A DNA stretch of 64,000 bases from contig DASSXV010000023.1 of assembly GCA_035703635.1 (NCBI GenBank), positions 34,298-98,297 on the forward strand. Direction: 5' to 3'. Numbering within the stretch: position 1 is the stretch's first letter; each line of letters starts with the position of its first letter. The position numbers and the translations under genes are program-made. The stretch comes from Trueperaceae bacterium. Lineage in GTDB: Bacteria; Deinococcota; Deinococci; Deinococcales; Trueperaceae. This document shows positions 47,697 through 56,642 of the stretch, in pieces. A model generated the notes under the pieces. The model searched no databases. It had not been told where the DNA came from and worked only from the letters and a program-made list of their open reading frames with translations.

Positions 47697-49412
47697 CTAG
47701 CGACCCTTCACGAGGGCGTCGAGGAAGGCTGCCGCGCTCATGAACACACGCCTGGGAGCGTCCTGGTTGGACTCGTACGTCTGGTTGAGCTGCTTGGCGT
47801 TCGAGGCGATCTTGCCGCTCACGTCGGCCGTTGCTAGGGAGGGGGCGTAAGCGTAGATCACCCACTGCTCACCGGTCTTCGGGCCTTCCGTGTACTTGAG
47901 CGGGTAACCGCCGATGCTGACAGAACCACCGACGGTTGGAGCGAAGGTGTTCGTCCCCGTCATCATGAGGTTCGTCGCGCCGTTCGCGAACAGTTTCAGG
48001 TCGTTGAGGTCAAGCGTTCTGCTGCCGTCAAGCGCCAGGTCCTGCACCGCCTGCGTCACGTACTGGCCGTACACGATCGGCATGAGGTCGGGGTAGGCGT
48101 TACCTTCGCTGACCATGCCCCACGGGTAGACGTACGCCGTCGAGCCGCCCACGGACACTTCCTTGAGGTTGAGCTCGAAGCGTCCAGCGCGGCGCTCCGC
48201 CTCGTTGGTGTACGCGCTGTTGCCCGTGATCTTGCCCATGTACCAGAAGTAGCGCGTGTATTGCACCCAGGTGTGCGTCAAGTAGGAGTTGAGGAAGCCC
48301 ATGCTGGAGGCGCTGACGCGGCTGCGGGAGCGCCACTTGGCCTCGAAGTGGTTCTTGAGGTAGTTCGTCCAGAAGTCGGCGCGCTCGGCGTAATTGATGC
48401 CTGCCGGGCTCTTGAGGTCGCGGTTCGCCTGGTACGCCCACGCCACCGCGGCCACGAAGCCGTGCGTGATGCTCTCGTCCATCTCGTGGCGGTCGTTGCC
48501 GTACCAACTGCCGTTGTTGGGGTCGTGCAGCCAGCGCCAGTTGAGGAAGCCGTCGCCGTTGGTGTCCCTTAGGGTGCCGCGGGCGGCCTGCATGATGCGG
48601 TCCATCTCGTCGAGGAGCGCCAAGTCGCCCGTGTAGCGGAACGCCGTCAGCATGGTCGTCACGTGCACGTTCACGTAGCGGCCGAGTTGGTACAGGTCAC
48701 CAGACGCCGCTGATTGCATGACGTTGGGGTACTGGCTGCTTGACTTCAGGCCAGCCCAGAACCTGTCGTACCAGAGGCGCGCCTCGCTGCCGAGCTGGGT
48801 CCTGACGAAGGCCGGATTGCCGCGCAGGTCGGTGCCGGTCTTGCCCGGGTTCGTTGGCGGCACGGGGTCGGTTGGTGGCGGCGACCCTGGGTCGGTTGGC
48901 GGCTGGGGGTCGGTTGGCGGCTTTGGGTCGGTAGGGGGCTGCGGGACCGGCGCGGACTTGTTCGCCACTGTGAAAGAGGCCTTGAAGTCGTAGCGGCGGA
49001 CGCCACGCCGCGTCGCGACGGTCGTGCGGCTCACGAGGTAGTGCTTGCCGTCCTTCAGCTTGGTGGTGTCGATGCTGACGTTGAACGGCTCGCTCGTGTC
49101 CTTCTTGATCAACGCGGAGCGGCCGGTGCCGTCGAGGTAGAACTCGACGGAAACGACGTAGTCGCGGTGGTTCATCGCCACTTCGATAGTGCCGGAGACG
49201 GTGCTGTCCTTGAGCTGTTTGATCTCTGTCGCGCTGTTGGTTGCGGTGGAGAAGACGATGTCGTCCGTCGTCAACTCGGGTTGTGGCATCGGTTCTTCGG
49301 CTGGCGTCGAACAGGCCGCTAGTACCAGCATCAGGCCGGCTAGCACTGCTAGCAGGCTTCTCGACCGCCTGTGCGGTGCTGACGTGCCTCGTGCGTCGTT
49401 ATTGCTCCTCAC
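47697..49412 (-). CDS. Lipoprotein: Ig-like domain + Pro/Thr linker + helical domain paralogous to 44965-46215
   Basis: GTG 49412 after GAGGAG; lipobox LAAC; V.SVEFYLDG...D...PF...IDTT.L.DG.H Ig-like motif; PPTDP repeats. Confidence 0.8.
   Translation of the reverse strand: MRSNNDARGTSAPHRRSRSLLAVLAGLMLVLAACSTPAEEPMPQPELTTDDIVFSTATNSATEIKQLKDSTVSGTIEVAMNHRDYVVSVEFYLDGTGRSALIKKDTSEPFNVSIDTTKLKDGKHYLVSRTTVATRRGVRRYDFKASFTVANKSAPVPQPPTDPKPPTDPQPPTDPGSPPPTDPVPPTNPGKTGTDLRGNPAFVRTQLGSEARLWYDRFWAGLKSSSQYPNVMQSAASGDLYQLGRYVNVHVTTMLTAFRYTGDLALLDEMDRIMQAARGTLRDTNGDGFLNWRWLHDPNNGSWYGNDRHEMDESITHGFVAAVAWAYQANRDLKSPAGINYAERADFWTNYLKNHFEAKWRSRSRVSASSMGFLNSYLTHTWVQYTRYFWYMGKITGNSAYTNEAERRAGRFELNLKEVSVGGSTAYVYPWGMVSEGNAYPDLMPIVYGQYVTQAVQDLALDGSRTLDLNDLKLFANGATNLMMTGTNTFAPTVGGSVSIGGYPLKYTEGPKTGEQWVIYAYAPSLATADVSGKIASNAKQLNQTYESNQDAPRRVFMSAAAFLDALVKGR
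48845..48950 (-). repeat. Coding ~18-bp tandem repeat (PPTDPx) linker
   Basis: Translation PQPPTDPKPPTDPQPPTDPGSPPPTDPVPPTNP. Confidence 0.85.
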
Positions 49413-49497
49413 GTACTCCTCGCATTCCGGTAGGCACGGGATCGCCACGCCTACCTAAAGAACCCTCTTAGCCTGGGATGTGAGGAAGCAAAAGGAA

Positions 49498-49577
49498 GCC
49501 CTCGGCCGGTTGCGCTACTGGCTCCGCGTACCCCAAGCGCCCACGTTGCGGGGTAGGCATCTACGCCTCTGAGGGTG
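49498..49577 (-). ncRNA. Cyclic di-GMP-II riboswitch (cis-regulatory, 5' UTR of lipoprotein gene)
   Basis: Minus strand reads CCCUC AGAGGC GUAGAUG C CUACCCC GCAACG UGGGCGCUU GGGGUA CGC GGAG CC AGUAGCGCAACCGGCC GAGGG, with P1 CCCUC/GAGGG, P2 GGC/GCC, inner stem UACCCC/GGGGUA and pseudoknot GCGCU/AGCGC; matches the remembered class-II layout. Confidence 0.8.
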
Positions 49578-49828
49578 CGGGCGGCTCTGCCGCCCAGATA
49601 CCCGCCGAGTTGCGTTCTGAACGCTTGGGCCGCTCATTGCGCTGGCAGCTCCCTCGGCTCCATGAAGATAACTGGCCTAGTTGGCGTTTCGTCTTAGTAG
49701 GCGATGAAGTAGATGAGCGTCGCACGCGCTGTCTAGGGGCGCTTAGCGTCTGGCGCGCGGTTAACTGGCTCTCATCAGGGTGGCGCGGGTCGGGCAGTCC
49801 GGGTACGTGCGCGGGAGTCGTTGACCCC

Positions 49829-51385
49829 TCAGGTAGGGGCTCCCGAAGTTCGAGCGTCCTGAGTGACGGGCGCGTCTGGAAGGTCGTAGGTCGCGCTGCG
49901 CGCCATGGCGGCCGGGTCGTCGCGTTTCGCCTGCGTGATGACGAGACCGTAGACGTGGCCACCGACGCGGCGCAGTGCAGCGAGCTCGCCTACGACGAGG
50001 CGCTTGCGGAGGCGGTGAGCTTTGGTCACCAACACCGTGCCAGACACGAGCGGGGCGACGAGGGCGGCGTCTTGCGATGTGCTCCACGGTGCCGACCTCA
50101 CGATCACGACGTCGAACTCCTCGCGCCATCTCGCTAGTTGGCCGGCGAACGCGCGCGTTAGCGCGGTCGGGCCGTGGCTGAGGGGAGTCGTCTCGTACAA
50201 CACGTAGAGAGGCTGAGTTTGGCCGATGGGGACGGGGTTAGCTTGATACTGCTGCTCCGGGTGCTTGAGGTAGTCGCTTAGGTTCGTCGCGTGCCTGCCG
50301 CTGCTGCGGTAGAGGTTCTGGAGGCGCGGGTCCGCCATGTCCGCGTCGACGAGGAGCGTGCGGTAACCGCTGAACGTCAAGGCCTCTGCCAGTGCGGCCG
50401 CAACGGCGACGGCGCCCTCGTTCGCCCCAACGCTAGAAACGTGGATCGCCGCCGGGTAGGCCCCGCCTGCCGTCACGGCGAGGCCGTCCCTAAGCTGGCC
50501 GCCCGCCTCGACTGAGTAGCTCTGCTCGCGCTTGGCGGTTCCGAAGATGGCGAGCAGCGGCAGGCGCGTGGCGCGTAGCGCGTCTTCGGCGCTATAGATG
50601 CGGGGGTCAAGGGTCTCGCGCAAGAAGAGATAGCCGTATACGAGGGCGACTATGAGGAGGGCGGCGAGTGCAGCGTTGAACAGCGGCGTCGGCGCCACGG
50701 TAGTGAGAGGCGGCGCTGCGCTGCGCAGGAGCGTGACACTCCCTGGCGCATCCTGAGCAAGCTTCTCGGCGGCGCTCAGGTCTTCCTGCGTTTGAGCAGC
50801 TACCGTCTGCAGCGCCACGAGGCGGGCGCTGGCCGCTTGGTCCTGGGCGTCTATGCGCTGGAGCTCAGCTGCCGTGCTTGCGGCGCGCTGCTGCAGTACT
50901 GTGATCAGCTCCTTGAGGGCGGCCGCGCTTCGAGCGGCGTCCCACGCCACCAGTTCACCTGTCACCGCGTTGGCAGTCTGCGCAGCGCCAGCGGCCGTGC
51001 CTGCCGTGACGGTCACGTATACGAGCAGCGCCTGCGTGTCAGTGCTGATGGCAGTGCGCTCGCGCAGGCGCTGCACGGCACTAGGGGTGACGGTCACATC
51101 CTGCTCAGCTAGCGCAGCGCCGAGCAGGTCATCCGAGAGAGCGGCGATGCGGTAAGCCGTGACGTGCAGCGCCGGAACCACGACGCTCGGCAGCCCGTAC
51201 TTGCTGCTATCGAACCCGGTTGGCGAGATGGCGACGACCGCCTGCGCCGAGTAGCTCGGCGGCAGGCGGCGCGTGTACGCGTACACGAGAGCAGCCGTTG
51301 CCGCCGCCAGCAGCAGCGCTACGAGCAGGCCGCGTTTGATCAGCGCGATGACGCGGTCGAGGCTCAGCACGATTTGCTCGCTCAA
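49829..51385 (-). CDS. Wzc/Wzz-like polysaccharide co-polymerase with degenerate tyrosine-kinase domain
   Basis: TM, Y.A.A, coiled coil, P..P..N second TM, then LLVDAD kinase-like domain; TTG 51385 after GAGGAG. Confidence 0.85.
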   Translation of the reverse strand: MSEQIVLSLDRVIALIKRGLLVALLLAAATAALVYAYTRRLPPSYSAQAVVAISPTGFDSSKYGLPSVVVPALHVTAYRIAALSDDLLGAALAEQDVTVTPSAVQRLRERTAISTDTQALLVYVTVTAGTAAGAAQTANAVTGELVAWDAARSAAALKELITVLQQRAASTAAELQRIDAQDQAASARLVALQTVAAQTQEDLSAAEKLAQDAPGSVTLLRSAAPPLTTVAPTPLFNAALAALLIVALVYGYLFLRETLDPRIYSAEDALRATRLPLLAIFGTAKREQSYSVEAGGQLRDGLAVTAGGAYPAAIHVSSVGANEGAVAVAAALAEALTFSGYRTLLVDADMADPRLQNLYRSSGRHATNLSDYLKHPEQQYQANPVPIGQTQPLYVLYETTPLSHGPTALTRAFAGQLARWREEFDVVIVRSAPWSTSQDAALVAPLVSGTVLVTKAHRLRKRLVVGELAALRRVGGHVYGLVITQAKRDDPAAMARSATYDLPDAPVTQDARTSGAPT

Positions 51386-51555
51386 CTTGACGACTCCTCG
51401 ACTACAGCAGGCGCCCAACGTGCGGCCCCAGGCTGCGGAACCTGATTATCCGGCGTCACCCCGGCCACTTAGGCGCAAACGTCACGTAGCGGGAGAGGGT
51501 CCGCGGCGATCGTAGCCGCCGGGGCCGCCGCGGCGTGACTTATCATCTCCTGCAG

Positions 51556-53037
51556 ATGCCAACCCCCGCGGACGTGAGACTGCAAGCCCCGGCGCAACGC
51601 CGTGGGGTGGTCATGGGGTTCCTGATGCTGTGCATGGCGTTGGCGGCGATCGAGGGCACGATAGTCGCGACCGCAATGCCGAGCATCGTTGCCAGCGTAG
51701 GCGGGTTCGAGTACTACGCGTGGGTGTTCGCCGCGTTCCTGCTCGCGCAGGCGACCTCGACTCCCCTATACGGCCGGCTCTCCGACCTGCGCGGCCGCAA
51801 GCCTGTGCTGCTTGTCGGCATCGTGGTGTTCATGCTCGGCTCCGTGCTGTGCGGCTTCGCGACGACCATGCCGCTGCTCGTCGCCTTCCGCCTTCTTCAA
51901 GGCTTCGGGGCTGGCGCGATCTACCCGACCGTGTCGACCCTCGTCGGCGACCTCTACGAGGTGAGTGAACGGGGCAGGGCGCAGGGTTATCTCTCGAGCG
52001 TGTGGGGCGTCTCCGCCGTTCTGGGCCCGCTCCTCGGCGGCGCGCTAGTCGAACGGGCGCACTGGGCGTGGGTGTTCTGGTTCAACGTACCGTTCGGGCT
52101 TGCGGCCATCGTTGGGCTGTGGGTCTTCCTCCACGAGTCCGTCGCGCACAGCGACAAGCGCCTCGACCTCGTTAGCGCGGCCCAGATGTTCGTGGCTATC
52201 GGAGCGTTCATGCTGCTCCTCACGCAAGGCCCACAGTGGGACTGGGCGGTGGCGCTGACGCTCGCGGCCGTAGCCGTTGCGGTAGGGGTTGCCTTCGTGC
52301 GCCGCCAGCTGGCAAGCGAGACGCCGCTCCTCGGCATCGACCTGTGGCGCGACAAACTCATCTTGCTCGCCGACGTGGCCACGTTCGCTGGCGGCATGCT
52401 GATGATCGGGCTCATAACGTACTCGCCGACTTACGTGCAGGGCGTCATGGGTTACTCGCCGACCATCGCCGGCCTTGCGCTCACGGCCATGTCAGTAGGG
52501 TGGACGCTGGCCTCGATGGTTGCTGGCCGCCTGATCGTGCCGTGGGGCCCGTCCACGGTGGGGAGGATCGGCGGGGCGGCCGCAGCCTGCGGCGGCTTCC
52601 TCTACCTGCTGCTAACTCCGGGACGCGGCCCGTGGTGGGTGGCGTTCTCGTCGCTGACCGTAGGCGTTGGCCTTGGGGTGATCATGACGACCATGGTCGT
52701 GACGATCCAATCATCCGTGGAATGGGCGCGCCGCGGCGGGGCGACGGCCACCAACATGCTCATGCGCCTCCTTGGCAACTCGCTCGGTGCGGCCGTGCTC
52801 GGCGCCGTCCTTAACATGGCCCTTGCAGGGAGCGCTGGTGAGAACGGGGAGTCGGTCATGAGCCAAGTGCAGGCCCTGCTCGCGCCAGGCGGTGCGCCGA
52901 GCGGCGCGCAGGTGACTACGGGCACGTTGGCGTTGCTCGCAACCAGCCTGCATGCCGTCTACGTCGGGGTCTTCGCGATCGGCCTGCTCACACTCCTACT
53001 TACGTGGCTGTTGCCGCGCGGAAGGCAACTGGCCTGA
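51556..53037 (+). CDS. MFS drug:H+ antiporter (DHA2, 14-TM)
   Basis: EGTIVATAMP, YGRLSDLRGRKP, RLLQGFGAG, WVFWFNVPFG. Confidence 0.92.
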   Translation: MPTPADVRLQAPAQRRGVVMGFLMLCMALAAIEGTIVATAMPSIVASVGGFEYYAWVFAAFLLAQATSTPLYGRLSDLRGRKPVLLVGIVVFMLGSVLCGFATTMPLLVAFRLLQGFGAGAIYPTVSTLVGDLYEVSERGRAQGYLSSVWGVSAVLGPLLGGALVERAHWAWVFWFNVPFGLAAIVGLWVFLHESVAHSDKRLDLVSAAQMFVAIGAFMLLLTQGPQWDWAVALTLAAVAVAVGVAFVRRQLASETPLLGIDLWRDKLILLADVATFAGGMLMIGLITYSPTYVQGVMGYSPTIAGLALTAMSVGWTLASMVAGRLIVPWGPSTVGRIGGAAAACGGFLYLLLTPGRGPWWVAFSSLTVGVGLGVIMTTMVVTIQSSVEWARRGGATATNMLMRLLGNSLGAAVLGAVLNMALAGSAGENGESVMSQVQALLAPGGAPSGAQVTTGTLALLATSLHAVYVGVFAIGLLTLLLTWLLPRGRQLA

Positions 53038-53053
53038 GCGGCGAGGAGGCTGG

Positions 53054-54172
53054 ATGGACAACCAACCGGTGTGGGAACTTGGCGGCTGGCAGGGCCTCGA
53101 CCGACTAGAGGGCGTCAAGCAGGCGGACGTGTGCGTCGTCGGCCTTGGCGGCTCTGGTCTCAGCGCCGTGCTCGAGCTGCGGCGCCTCGGCCACCGGGTA
53201 GTTGGCGTCGACGCTGGCAGCGTCGCGCGCGGCGCGGCCGGGCGCAACGGCGGCTTCATGCTGGCGGGGACGGCGGCGTTCTACCACGACGCCAAGGCGT
53301 CCCTTGGCGCGGAGCGCGCGAGGGCGCTTTACGAGCTCACCCGCGAGGGGTTGACGGCCGAACTGGCCGCAGCGGGTCCGACTGCGCGGCGGGTAGGCTC
53401 CCTGCGCATAGCTGCCGATGCGGCCGAACTTGCCGACTGCGACGCGCAGTACGCGGCCATGCGCGAAGACGGCCTGCCCGTCGAACGCTACATGGGCCCA
53501 GAGGGCGTAGGGTTGCTCTTCCCGGAGGACGCGGTCTTCAACCCCCTCGAGCGCTGCAGGCGCCTAGCGCGCGCCGCCAGCGCGGCCGGCGCGGAGCTCT
53601 TCGAGCGGAGCCCAGTTACCGACCTCAGCGCTAGGCGCGTCGTGACTTCGAACGGAGCCGTCGAATGCGAAGCCGTCGTGGTGGCGGTAGACGGTCGCCT
53701 CACCGCCGTCCTGCCAGAGTTGGCGGGCGAGGTCCGAGACGTACGACTGCAGATGCTGGCGACGGCGCCGACCGACGAGATCCACCTGCCGCGGCCCGTC
53801 TACCGCCGCTACGGTTTCGAGTACTACCAGCAAGACCCCAACGGACGACTAGCGCTAGGCGGCTTCCGTGACGCAGGCGGCGAGGAAGAGTGGACGACCG
53901 ACGACCGGCCGAGCGGGCGCGTGCAAGCCCTCCTCGAAGCGTTCCTCCGTGAAGAGCTTGGCGTGAGTGCCCCCATCACGCACCGCTGGGCGGCGAGCGT
54001 TAGCTACACCGCCGGCGTACTGCCGGTGGCGCGGCGCGTGCGCGCCGGCGTCTGGGCGGTCGGGGCGTACAACGGTACGGGCAACGTGATAGGCGCCCTG
54101 CTCGGTCGCGCCGCGGCGCGCAGAGCGACCGGGCTGGAGTCCTCCGTGTGGGACGCCTTCGGCAACGACTGA
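53054..54172 (+). CDS. FAD-dependent oxidoreductase, DAO/PuuB-like
   Basis: GLGGSG, GAAGRNGG, YNGTG; SD GAGGAGG before ATG 53054. Confidence 0.88.
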   Translation: MDNQPVWELGGWQGLDRLEGVKQADVCVVGLGGSGLSAVLELRRLGHRVVGVDAGSVARGAAGRNGGFMLAGTAAFYHDAKASLGAERARALYELTREGLTAELAAAGPTARRVGSLRIAADAAELADCDAQYAAMREDGLPVERYMGPEGVGLLFPEDAVFNPLERCRRLARAASAAGAELFERSPVTDLSARRVVTSNGAVECEAVVVAVDGRLTAVLPELAGEVRDVRLQMLATAPTDEIHLPRPVYRRYGFEYYQQDPNGRLALGGFRDAGGEEEWTTDDRPSGRVQALLEAFLREELGVSAPITHRWAASVSYTAGVLPVARRVRAGVWAVGAYNGTGNVIGALLGRAAARRATGLESSVWDAFGND

Positions 54173-54207
54173 AGGCGCCAGCAACCCGGACTAGGTCAGG
54201 GCGCGGT

Positions 54208-55005
54208 CTAGTTCGGCCGCGGTGGCAAGCGCGCCCAGATCGGCCAAGCGTCGAGCTCGCGGCCGAGCTCGCGCCAACCGGGTAGCAACTCGCTCATCAG
54301 CGCCTTGAAGCGCGGGCCGTGGTCAGGCACGAAGAGGTGCGCGAGCTCGTGCACCACCACGTACTCGAGGAGCGCAGGCCTGCGGCGCGCGAGCTCGACG
54401 TTCAACCAGATGCGCTCCGCTCGTGGGTTGCAACTACCCCACCTAGTCGACATGCGCTTAACGCCGAAACTGCTCACCTCGCGGCCGAGGCGGGCCTGCC
54501 ACTGCGCGAGCAGCGGTTCGAGGTCGGACTTGAGGGCGCGGCGGTAGTAGGCCTCGAAGGCGCGCGCGATGACGTCATGCGCAACTAGGGCCGGCGTGGT
54601 CAACACGACGTGAGCGCCTGAGAACTCGACCTTCGCGCGCGCCGTTTCACTAGCGGCCGTCACTCTCGTCAGGGCGTGAGCTACTCCGCGGAGGTAATGA
54701 AGCTCGCCGGGCGCGTAATGCACCTCGGTGTGTGCGCTCAGTTGACGGAAGCGGCGTTGGTGTGCGGTTATCCAGTCGGCGCGCTCGCGGACGAGGTGCT
54801 CGAGCTCGTGAGCGCGGGCAGAAGTCGGGACCGTTAGCCTAACGCGGCCGTCTGGCGGGTACACGCGCAAGTTCAGGCGCTTGACGCGCTTCCTGACGAC
54901 CTCGACTTCGAGGCCTGCGATGGTCGTGACGGTGGCGGCCTGGCTTCTCGCGGCGGCGCCGGTTGGTGGAGCGCGCCGTGGCCGCCCGTTGGTTCGCGGA
55001 GGCAT
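54208..55005 (-). CDS. YgjP/DUF45 family zinc metalloprotein
   Basis: RKRVKRLNLRV, M.TRWGSC, YVVVHELAH..H...F. Confidence 0.9.
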   Translation of the reverse strand: MPPRTNGRPRRAPPTGAAARSQAATVTTIAGLEVEVVRKRVKRLNLRVYPPDGRVRLTVPTSARAHELEHLVRERADWITAHQRRFRQLSAHTEVHYAPGELHYLRGVAHALTRVTAASETARAKVEFSGAHVVLTTPALVAHDVIARAFEAYYRRALKSDLEPLLAQWQARLGREVSSFGVKRMSTRWGSCNPRAERIWLNVELARRRPALLEYVVVHELAHLFVPDHGPRFKALMSELLPGWRELGRELDAWPIWARLPPRPN

Positions 55006-55196
55006 GCGGCTACTCTGTCACGGCCTCATGAAGAGCAGCAACGCGGGTGATGAACGAGCGCGCTGCGCAGTAGCGGGGCGCACGTGGAGTGCCGCCACGC
55101 GCTGTAGGCAGTAAACTGCCCACAGTAACTACTAGGGAGGCGCACTTGCAGCAACCTAGATGGTATTTACCGCAGCCGCGACCAAACGCGCTAGTC

Positions 55197-55544
55197 GTGT
55201 CTGCCCGCGTTCTGGTCAAGGCGCTACACAGCGTTGCGGTCCTCGTGTTCGCGGTGGCGGCTTGCTACCTCGTCTACTGTGGCGTGACGGGCGAACGCTC
55301 CGCGCTGATGGTATGGGCGCTCGTCGCAGTAGGGGTGGAGGCCGTCGTTTACGTCGGCTTCGGCCGCAAATGCCCCTTGACGATGCTCGCGCGCTGGTTA
55401 GGCGACAGCGGTGGCCACGACTACTTGTTCGAGTGGCTACTTGGCGCCAAGCGCATCGGTCTCGTGTCGCGCTCGCTTGCCGCGCTAGCTGGCGTCGGCG
55501 TGCTCACGATCATCATCGGCAGCATCATCGCCGCGCTGCGCTAA
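55197..55544 (+). CDS. Small membrane protein (DUF2784-like); start uncertain
   Basis: Three hydrophobic helices, K.LH and CPLT motifs. Confidence 0.6.
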   Translation: MSARVLVKALHSVAVLVFAVAACYLVYCGVTGERSALMVWALVAVGVEAVVYVGFGRKCPLTMLARWLGDSGGHDYLFEWLLGAKRIGLVSRSLAALAGVGVLTIIIGSIIAALR

Positions 55545-55584
55545 GCCACACCACTTACCTTCGACCTCGGCCTCGTCGCGCTCC

Positions 55585-56373
55585 TCAGAGCGAGGTCACG
55601 AGCCCGCCGTCGACCAGGAGGCTCGCCCCCGTCACGTAAGACGCGGCCGGGCTGGCGAGGAAGGCGGCGACGGCGCCGAACTCCTCGACGCGGCCGATGC
55701 GCCCGAGCGGGATGCTCTTCACGGTGCGGGCGCGGACCTCCTCAGCGCTGATCGAATCCCTTTGCGCCGCCTTGGCGTCCAGCTCCCTGATCCTTGGCGT
55801 ATCGATGCGGCCGGGGGAGACGACGTTCACGCGGACGCCTTCGGGCGCGAGGGTAGTGGCTAGGTCCTTGCAGAGCGCCTGCACCGCTGGGCGGTAGGTG
55901 TTCGAGAGGGTGAGGTTGGGGATGGGGCTGCGCACGCTGGAGGAGCCGATGACCACGATGGCGCCGCCACCGGCCGCCCGCATGTGCGGCAGTGCGAGGC
56001 GCACGGAGCGCACGACGCTCATGAGCGTGAGATCGAAGGCTGCCGCCCAGGTGGAGTCGTCCAGGGCGTCGAAGCCGCCAGCTGGCGGCCCGCCAGCGTT
56101 GGCGATCAGCACATCAAGCCCGCCGAGCGCCGTGGCCGCCTGCTCCACCAGCGCCTCGAGTTGCGGTGCGCTCGACACGTCGCAGGCGTAGCCGAGAACT
56201 CTCGCTCCGGTGGCCGCCGCGATCTCGTTAGCGGCAGCCTCCGCGCCCTCCGCGCCGCGCCCGCATAACGCTACGTGCGCGCCTTCGGCCGCTAGTGCAG
56301 TCGCCGTCGCGCGCCCCAAACCGCTCGTGCCCGCCAGTACCAGTGCTCGTTTGCCTGTCAGCCCAAGGTCCAT
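55585..56373 (-). CDS. SDR oxidoreductase
   Basis: MDLGL.GKRALV, G.SGLG, NAGGPP, SPGRIDT, GRIG..EE. Confidence 0.92.
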   Translation of the reverse strand: MDLGLTGKRALVLAGTSGLGRATATALAAEGAHVALCGRGAEGAEAAANEIAAATGARVLGYACDVSSAPQLEALVEQAATALGGLDVLIANAGGPPAGGFDALDDSTWAAAFDLTLMSVVRSVRLALPHMRAAGGGAIVVIGSSSVRSPIPNLTLSNTYRPAVQALCKDLATTLAPEGVRVNVVSPGRIDTPRIRELDAKAAQRDSISAEEVRARTVKSIPLGRIGRVEEFGAVAAFLASPAASYVTGASLLVDGGLVTSL

Positions 56374-56642
56374 GATGGCCTCCTAGTTGCGATGCCGGTA
56401 GCCTAACCCTGGTCGAGGCGGTTGGTGTCCGCGCGAGGCCCGGCCGCAGTGCTTAGCGTGGTGGTGCGGCAGTTGTCCACCACCCTGTGCGGTTGGAACC
56501 CAACTGGTAGCTGAAGTTTTGCCTAGTAGTCCCTTCATTCCGTGGCAGCGGGAGCGTGTACCATGTAATCGAGGCTTTACCGGGGTCGCTCTTACCGTCG
56601 AACTCTGCTTCGCAGGACTTCCCCCGAGAACGGAGACGCTAT

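Noticed and set aside
48845-48950. Short direct repeats as a CRISPR array
   Set aside because: In-frame coding repeats without unique spacers; no cas genes.
49505-49530. JUMPstart/ops-like GCCAGTAGCG upstream of glycan genes
   Set aside because: Lacks the GGCGGTAG core and is better explained as the 3' part of the c-di-GMP-II aptamer.
49561-50137. ORFs 49561-49962 (-) and 49610-50137 (+)
   Set aside because: They overlap the wzc 3' end and the riboswitch leader; no motifs.
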